Below are positions 27,447-32,000 of a DNA stretch of 32,000 bases, piece after piece. The position numbers and the translations under genes are program-made. Numbering within the stretch: position 1 is the stretch's first letter; each line of letters starts with the position of its first letter. The stretch spans positions 30,001-62,000 of the forward strand of contig ACYB01000011.1 in assembly GCA_000175855.1 (NCBI GenBank). Direction: 5' to 3'. The stretch is from Raphidiopsis brookii D9 (GTDB lineage: Bacteria; Cyanobacteriota; Cyanobacteriia; Cyanobacteriales; Nostocaceae). Below the pieces are notes generated by a model, which had not been told where the DNA came from, did not search any database, and saw nothing but the letters and a program-made list of their open reading frames with translations.

Positions 27447-28634
27447 CTAAACTCTCACATTGTCAGCAAAGCGAATTTTCAGGTAGTCACCCTCCATTTT
27501 TGCTCCCGCAGGTTGAAGAGCAGCTAAAGCTTGGGGTAAAACTAAATTACGTCGGTGATTACCAATAGTAATATTTAATTCATCTCCACTTTTACTTAAT
27601 TGAATCTGACTTTTAGGAATAGTCGGTAAATAAAGTTCCAAGCTGTACTGGTTGTTTTCTTGCACCACTCTAATGGTGGTCTCTCGATAATAAACCTGGG
27701 TGGGATCTTCACCAGGATACAAAGTATCCTTCAGTCTCTCTAATGCAGCTAGACCACACATCTCCTCGGAAAATAAGGGGACTTCCTTCACCGGTAACGG
27801 GAGAAAGTTGTCATGAATTTCTCGTCGATATTGTTCTTGACTTTGTTTCCATCTTAGGAAAAATGGATCCGCAACCTCCTCTGGAATAATCCTATTGGCC
27901 ACAACTAAATCTGTAGCTACATTATATAAACTCAAGTAAGCATGTGCTCGTAATGATTCTTTAATTACCATTTTTTCTGGATTAGTCACTAGTCTAACTG
28001 AGGTTTGAGTGTTATCAGTTAAAACTTTTTCTAAGGCTTCTATTTGCTCATAAAACTCGTATGGTGCATCCATTACCTCCTTATCTGGTAAGGAAAATCC
28101 CGCTATAGGTTTAAAAATCGGCTCTACTAATGGTCTCAGGGCTACTGATATATTTTGAAAAGGTTTATAAAACCGTCTCATGTACCAACCACCAACCTCT
28201 GGTAAACTTAATAGTCTTAAGGCTGTACCAGTAGGAGCAGAGTCTATAATTAAAACATCAAATACCCCTTCATCGTAGTGACGTTTCATTCTCACCAAAC
28301 CGAAAATTTCATCCATCCCCGGTAAGATTGCCAGCTCTTCTGCTTGGATTCCTTCTAAACCCCTAGCTTGTAACACCTGGGTAATATAACGTTTGACTGC
28401 TCCCCAATTACCCTCTAGTTCTTGCAAAGCATCCAGTTCTGCACCCCATAGGTTGGGACGCACTTGTTTTGCATCGTGACCTAACTCTAAATCAAAACTG
28501 TCCGCTAAGGAATGGGCTGGATCTGTACTTAAAACTAATGTTTTATAACCTAGTTCTGCACAACGCAATCCAGTTGCAGCGGCGACGGAAGTTTTACCTA
28601 CTCCACCTTTACCAGTCATTAAAATTACGCGCAT
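27447..28634 (-). CDS. ArsA/Get3-family ATPase with a C-terminal HSP20-like domain
   Basis: [22 protein letters not shown] (deviant Walker A), [16 protein letters not shown] (switch region) and a C-terminal ~90 aa beta-rich domain ([38 protein letters not shown]). The track start at 28676 is a GTG and the ATG is at 28634. Confidence 0.85.
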   Translation of the reverse strand: MRVILMTGKGGVGKTSVAAATGLRCAELGYKTLVLSTDPAHSLADSFDLELGHDAKQVRPNLWGAELDALQELEGNWGAVKRYITQVLQARGLEGIQAEELAILPGMDEIFGLVRMKRHYDEGVFDVLIIDSAPTGTALRLLSLPEVGGWYMRRFYKPFQNISVALRPLVEPIFKPIAGFSLPDKEVMDAPYEFYEQIEALEKVLTDNTQTSVRLVTNPEKMVIKESLRAHAYLSLYNVATDLVVANRIIPEEVADPFFLRWKQSQEQYRREIHDNFLPLPVKEVPLFSEEMCGLAALERLKDTLYPGEDPTQVYYRETTIRVVQENNQYSLELYLPTIPKSQIQLSKSGDELNITIGNHRRNLVLPQALAALQPAGAKMEGDYLKIRFADNVRV

Positions 28635-28677
28635 GAATGATTCTGTCCTACCTGAATTTTGTTGACATTTACTCACA

Positions 28678-29070
28678 TTATCCTTTGTTTACGGAAAATA
28701 GGTGTTGTTTTAGTACATCTAAACGTGAACAGTGCCAATAATCTATATGGGAACTAATCAATCCTTGATTATTAAGACTTAATTGAGTCCATCCAGATAT
28801 AGAAATTCTCGGTTTCCAAGGTAGGGATGCATTCCAGCTTAATGTCCATTCAGTCTTAATCATATTTTGGTCTTGTTCGATGTGGTGCAAATCCATCCGT
28901 AAGTTAGTGAAAAATATGTGAATAAATTTAATCATCCACTTGTAAAGTTCTAAACCACGAAATTTAAAAACTGGATCTTGAAAGTAAACATCTAGTGCAT
29001 AAATGCTATAAGTCTGGTCAAGGGGAAATCTTTGGTAATCTGCTTTTAGGGTTTCGATAATGTTCGTCAT
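28678..29070 (-). CDS. Small NTF2-like hypothetical protein (tentatively DUF2358 family)
   Basis: 130 aa. [33 protein letters not shown] resembles the DUF2358 family as I remember it. The family name is unverified. Confidence 0.55.
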   Translation of the reverse strand: MTNIIETLKADYQRFPLDQTYSIYALDVYFQDPVFKFRGLELYKWMIKFIHIFFTNLRMDLHHIEQDQNMIKTEWTLSWNASLPWKPRISISGWTQLSLNNQGLISSHIDYWHCSRLDVLKQHLFSVNKG

Positions 29071-29096
29071 ACAAATAAAAGTAATAGGTGACCTAA

Positions 29097-29999
29097 CTAC
29101 AAACTCAAATCTGCTTGGGTAATTTCTACATAGATATGTTCTAAACGTAGGGATTGACGGGAAATAGAGTCAATCTCTATACCATCAAATTTAGTCAATA
29201 ATTCTTTTAGTTCTATTGGTTCTGGTAGCAAAAAGGCTAAATCACTCCCATACCGTCGAACAATAAAACCATTTTCCCGACCTACTGATATAGCTGTACT
29301 TTCTTCTTTCGTTTGCATCAAAACAATTTCCTTCCCCGGAACCCGGTTTTTTAATTCTGCTAAACTTCCCTCAGCTAATATCTGACCATTTTTTAAAACC
29401 CCAATCCGACTACAAAGTCTTTCAGCTTCATCTAGTAAGTGAGTAGTTAGCAGTATGGTCATACCTTGATTTTTTAAATTGCGAATTAATTCCCAAATTT
29501 CATATCGAGCTTCAATATCTAGTCCTGTAGTTGGTTCATCAAGAATCAGTAATTGAGGTTGATGTACTAAAGCAACAGCAATGTTTAAACGCCTTTGCAT
29601 GCCACCACTGAGAGTTTCTACAGGACTATCTGCTCTATCTAACAAGTTTACGGATTTCAGGGTGGTCATCACTTGTTTGTGTTTGGTTTTGGAGTCTAAA
29701 CCATAAATCTCAGCAAAAAATCTCAGGTTTTCCGCACAGGAGAGGGTTTTATATAGAATATTTTCCTGGGGAGCAATACCAATAAGTTTTTTTGTAGAAC
29801 CAGAAATTGGCTGATGATTTACTGTGACGTGACCACTATCTGCTTTAAGAAGATTACAAATAATATTAATAGTAGTTGTTTTACCTGCTCCGTTAGCACC
29901 TAGTAAACCATAAACTTCTCCCGGTTGGATGGTAAATGTTAAATTTTGCAGAACTTTGCGGTTTTTGTAGGACTTGTTTAAATTTTTAATTTTAAGCAT
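29097..29999 (-). CDS. ABC transporter ATP-binding protein (ABC-2/DrrA-like exporter subunit)
   Basis: Walker A GANGAGKTT, signature LSGGMQRR, Walker B LLILDEPTTGLD, H-loop TTHLLDEAE. 300 aa. Confidence 0.9.
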   Translation of the reverse strand: MLKIKNLNKSYKNRKVLQNLTFTIQPGEVYGLLGANGAGKTTTINIICNLLKADSGHVTVNHQPISGSTKKLIGIAPQENILYKTLSCAENLRFFAEIYGLDSKTKHKQVMTTLKSVNLLDRADSPVETLSGGMQRRLNIAVALVHQPQLLILDEPTTGLDIEARYEIWELIRNLKNQGMTILLTTHLLDEAERLCSRIGVLKNGQILAEGSLAELKNRVPGKEIVLMQTKEESTAISVGRENGFIVRRYGSDLAFLLPEPIELKELLTKFDGIEIDSISRQSLRLEHIYVEITQADLSL

Positions 30000-30150
30000 T
30001 TTGGTAATTGATATTTTTCAGGAATGGGAGCTGGAACCATGCTCCCCCACTTTTGGCTTTAATTCACCAAAGTCAACTCTTTATATAGAAACAGGATATT
30101 TATTTGTGATTATACTGTTTTAAAGTCTTTTTTCTACCATTAACATCCGT

Positions 30151-30894
30151 CTATAAGATATCCAACCACAAACGAGGGTGAGTGTAGCAAAAAATAAACA
30201 AAAAGCGCAAGTGTAAACTCACATCGCTAAATTTTTCTCCATTAGCGGAAACACCTAAAAGAGCTTCATTCATGTGGTAAATAGGATTATACTTAGCAAT
30301 ATCTAATAGAGTTTTAGGAAATAGGGAACTTGGGAAAAATGTCCCCCCCAAAATTAACAGGGGTACGCCAAAAGTAGCTACCAAAGCATTAACGTCTTCC
30401 GTACGACGAGCTAGTTGTGTACCCAGGACAAATCCCAGACCTACGTATCCAATAATACTCAAGAAAATAATGACTATTCCTAATAATATTGAACCTTGAA
30501 AGGTTGCACCCCAGAACCCAGCAACTATATATACTAGCAGGGTTTGTCCAATTCCTATACAGCTGTGGGCTAAAAAAATTCCCAGAAAATAAGATGTGCC
30601 ACTTAAAGGTGAAATAAATAATCGTTTTAGGGTTTGTTGTTCTCTCTCCGCAACCACTGTTGCAACAGTTCCACCCAAACAACTAAAAAATAGTGCAGCA
30701 CCCACCAAACTCGAAGGTGCAGCTTTTTCTAAGGCCACCTCCATGGCTAATTCTCCCCGTTCTGACAAAACAAAGCCATTAAGTATCAAAATAGAAACTG
30801 GGAAAATAGTCCAAAAAATTAGACTTCGTCTGCGTCGTAGTAGTTCCGTTAAAATGCGCTGAGCTATAGCCAGGGTTTCACGCCAGTATTTCAT
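30151..30894 (-). CDS. ABC-2 type transporter permease (the C-terminus may be frameshifted, with the true end possibly at 30120)
   Basis: 247 aa with 5 clear TM helices and an ABC-2-like YNPIYHMNEALLGV segment. The last 15 aa (CYTHPRLWLDIL) are not helix-like, whereas the adjacent frame encodes ATLTLVCGWISYRRMLMVEKRL. Confidence 0.8.
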   Translation of the reverse strand: MKYWRETLAIAQRILTELLRRRRSLIFWTIFPVSILILNGFVLSERGELAMEVALEKAAPSSLVGAALFFSCLGGTVATVVAEREQQTLKRLFISPLSGTSYFLGIFLAHSCIGIGQTLLVYIVAGFWGATFQGSILLGIVIIFLSIIGYVGLGFVLGTQLARRTEDVNALVATFGVPLLILGGTFFPSSLFPKTLLDIAKYNPIYHMNEALLGVSANGEKFSDVSLHLRFLFIFCYTHPRLWLDIL

Positions 30895-30974
30895 ATTAAT
30901 TAATCTCTTGCCAAATTACCCGAGGTCTATGCTACCATGTCCCCCACAATTTTCCAGAACCTTCCACAATTCTA

Positions 30975-31580
30975 CTAATCAGTAATCGCATTCATTAAAA
31001 CTTCTGTTAAACTCATTTCTTCCAAGTCATCTAAAGTCACAGTATCGCAAATATCAAATTTAGCTCCTACACTTTGCAACTGGTCATCGAGAGCTTTGAG
31101 GAATTTTGTAGCTTGCGGATCTGTACCTACTTGAATTAGAGAAATTGCTAATTCCTCATCTTTATCTATTTTGCGAGAGGCGTTAATAACTACTTCAAAA
31201 ACCGCTTTCCGATCATCCGGTTCCCCATCAGTAATCACCACAATGGTTTCACCATTCGGTTTGGCTTGACCAGATGCTTTACGTTGAAAATAGTGATTAG
31301 TAGCATCCAAAAGCACTCCAGCTAAATTGGTTGTACCCACAGGATCATTTTCTTGAAATATCTGACCAACCTTTGCTGCTGTCACATTTTCGTATCGTTT
31401 AAATCTACCAGAAAATACGTAAACAGTAATACCATCTGGGTCAAATTGCTCACACTTTCTGGCTAGGGCTATGGTAGATTCTTGGGCTATTTCCCATCTG
31501 GTTCTTCCACCCCGTTGATCCGGAGTTGACATGCTCCCACTTTTATCAATGATTAGTGTATAGTCGCGATCGCTCATCAT
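30975..31580 (-). CDS. von Willebrand factor type A (VWA) domain protein, copine-like
   Basis: MIDAS motif DKSGSMS, a later T (GTTNL) and the ITDGEPDD motif. 201 aa, single domain, with no signal peptide or TM helix. Confidence 0.8.
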   Translation of the reverse strand: MMSDRDYTLIIDKSGSMSTPDQRGGRTRWEIAQESTIALARKCEQFDPDGITVYVFSGRFKRYENVTAAKVGQIFQENDPVGTTNLAGVLLDATNHYFQRKASGQAKPNGETIVVITDGEPDDRKAVFEVVINASRKIDKDEELAISLIQVGTDPQATKFLKALDDQLQSVGAKFDICDTVTLDDLEEMSLTEVLMNAITD

Positions 31581-31866
31581 ATTTCACTCTAAATATTAAT
31601 TTATTCTTATTTTATCTTTTACCTGGCATTTTTGCGCAAGTTCCCCCAGTTAGAAAAATATGCTCTCTCCCAATATGGCGACTACCTATTTACCACCCAT
31701 GGGGGAGAGAATTAGTATGGAGGAGGTAATTAGTCCCACTGGGCGCACTATTACCCTAATTCGTAGTTAGAAAAGTGCCAAACCCTCAGTAATCCTGATC
31801 TGAGGAGATTAGACACTTCCAAATCAATATTAATGTTAATTTATCTAATTTGGTTATTAACTAATC

Positions 31867-32000
31867 CATGTTTGCTGCTTCCCATCAATTATTATGGTCT
31901 ATGATTGGCTTGCTGTTGACCATTGGCGGCACCTTTTTAGAAGCATACGGTACCACCCTACCCTGGAGTTGGAGTCAACAGGGAATTAAAACCTTCCCCT
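31867..32000 (+). CDS. bioY: Membrane protein, probable BioY-family biotin transporter, N-terminal fragment (continues past the window end)
   Basis: The ATG at 31867 gives MFAASHQLLWSMIGLLLTIGGTFLEAYGTTLPWSWSQQGIKTFP. This resembles the N-termini of cyanobacterial BioY proteins as I remember them, but only 44 codons are visible. Confidence 0.45.

Noticed and set aside
30389-30862. Track ORFs 30389-30682 (-) and 30596-30862 (+)
   Set aside because: They lie inside or antisense to the ABC-2 permease CDS.
31675-31770. The 31-codon ORF MATTYLPPMGERISMEEVISPTGRTITLIRS as a stand-alone protein gene
   Set aside because: It has no Shine-Dalgarno-like sequence, I do not recognise the sequence, and it is too short to judge by composition. 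It is mentioned only as part of the structured leader finding.
1-32000. Scan for tRNA, rRNA, tmRNA, CRISPR arrays, IS elements with transposases, and known defence genes
   Set aside because: I saw no T-loop or acceptor-like tRNA pattern, no spaced direct-repeat array, no transposase-like ORF and no recognisable restriction, Cas, abortive-infection or retron components on either strand. A covariance-model scan would be needed to exclude small RNAs.

Overview
This window looks like a chromosomal segment of a filamentous, Nostocales-like cyanobacterium. The evidence is AT-rich sequence, 10 copies of the HIP1 palindrome GCGATCGC, a cyAbrB regulator, a cyanobacteria-specific PDZ/radical-SAM DUF512 protein and an ArsA/Get3-type ATPase. 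Most of the roughly 30 genes are housekeeping: miaB, clpS, moaE, pyrR, cbiB, uppP, a ClC channel, a hybrid histidine kinase, an ABC-2 exporter and a VWA protein. The largest unit is a four-gene NrtABCD/CmpABCD-family ABC importer at 18.9-24.1 kb. I assign it to the bicarbonate transporter cmpABCD rather than the nitrate transporter, because of binding-pocket residues and because nirA and narB do not flank it. I found no tRNA, rRNA, CRISPR array, IS element or obvious defence island. The points most worth a second look are: (1) a full-length large serine-recombinase homologue with every catalytic motif substituted, divergent from cmpA across a 413-bp spacer that holds a perfect 18-bp palindrome; (2) three clear and one possible single-base frame breaks, all in homopolymer runs, which indicate either homopolymer sequencing error or real gene erosion; one of them removes the start of the cyAbrB regulator; (3) CmpA-type pocket residues in the periplasmic binding protein but NrtA-type residues in the regulatory domain of the C subunit; (4) a 54-bp in-frame tandem repeat in an 805-aa coiled-coil/TPR membrane protein. 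All family assignments rest on reading the translations and on remembered motifs. No database search was run.
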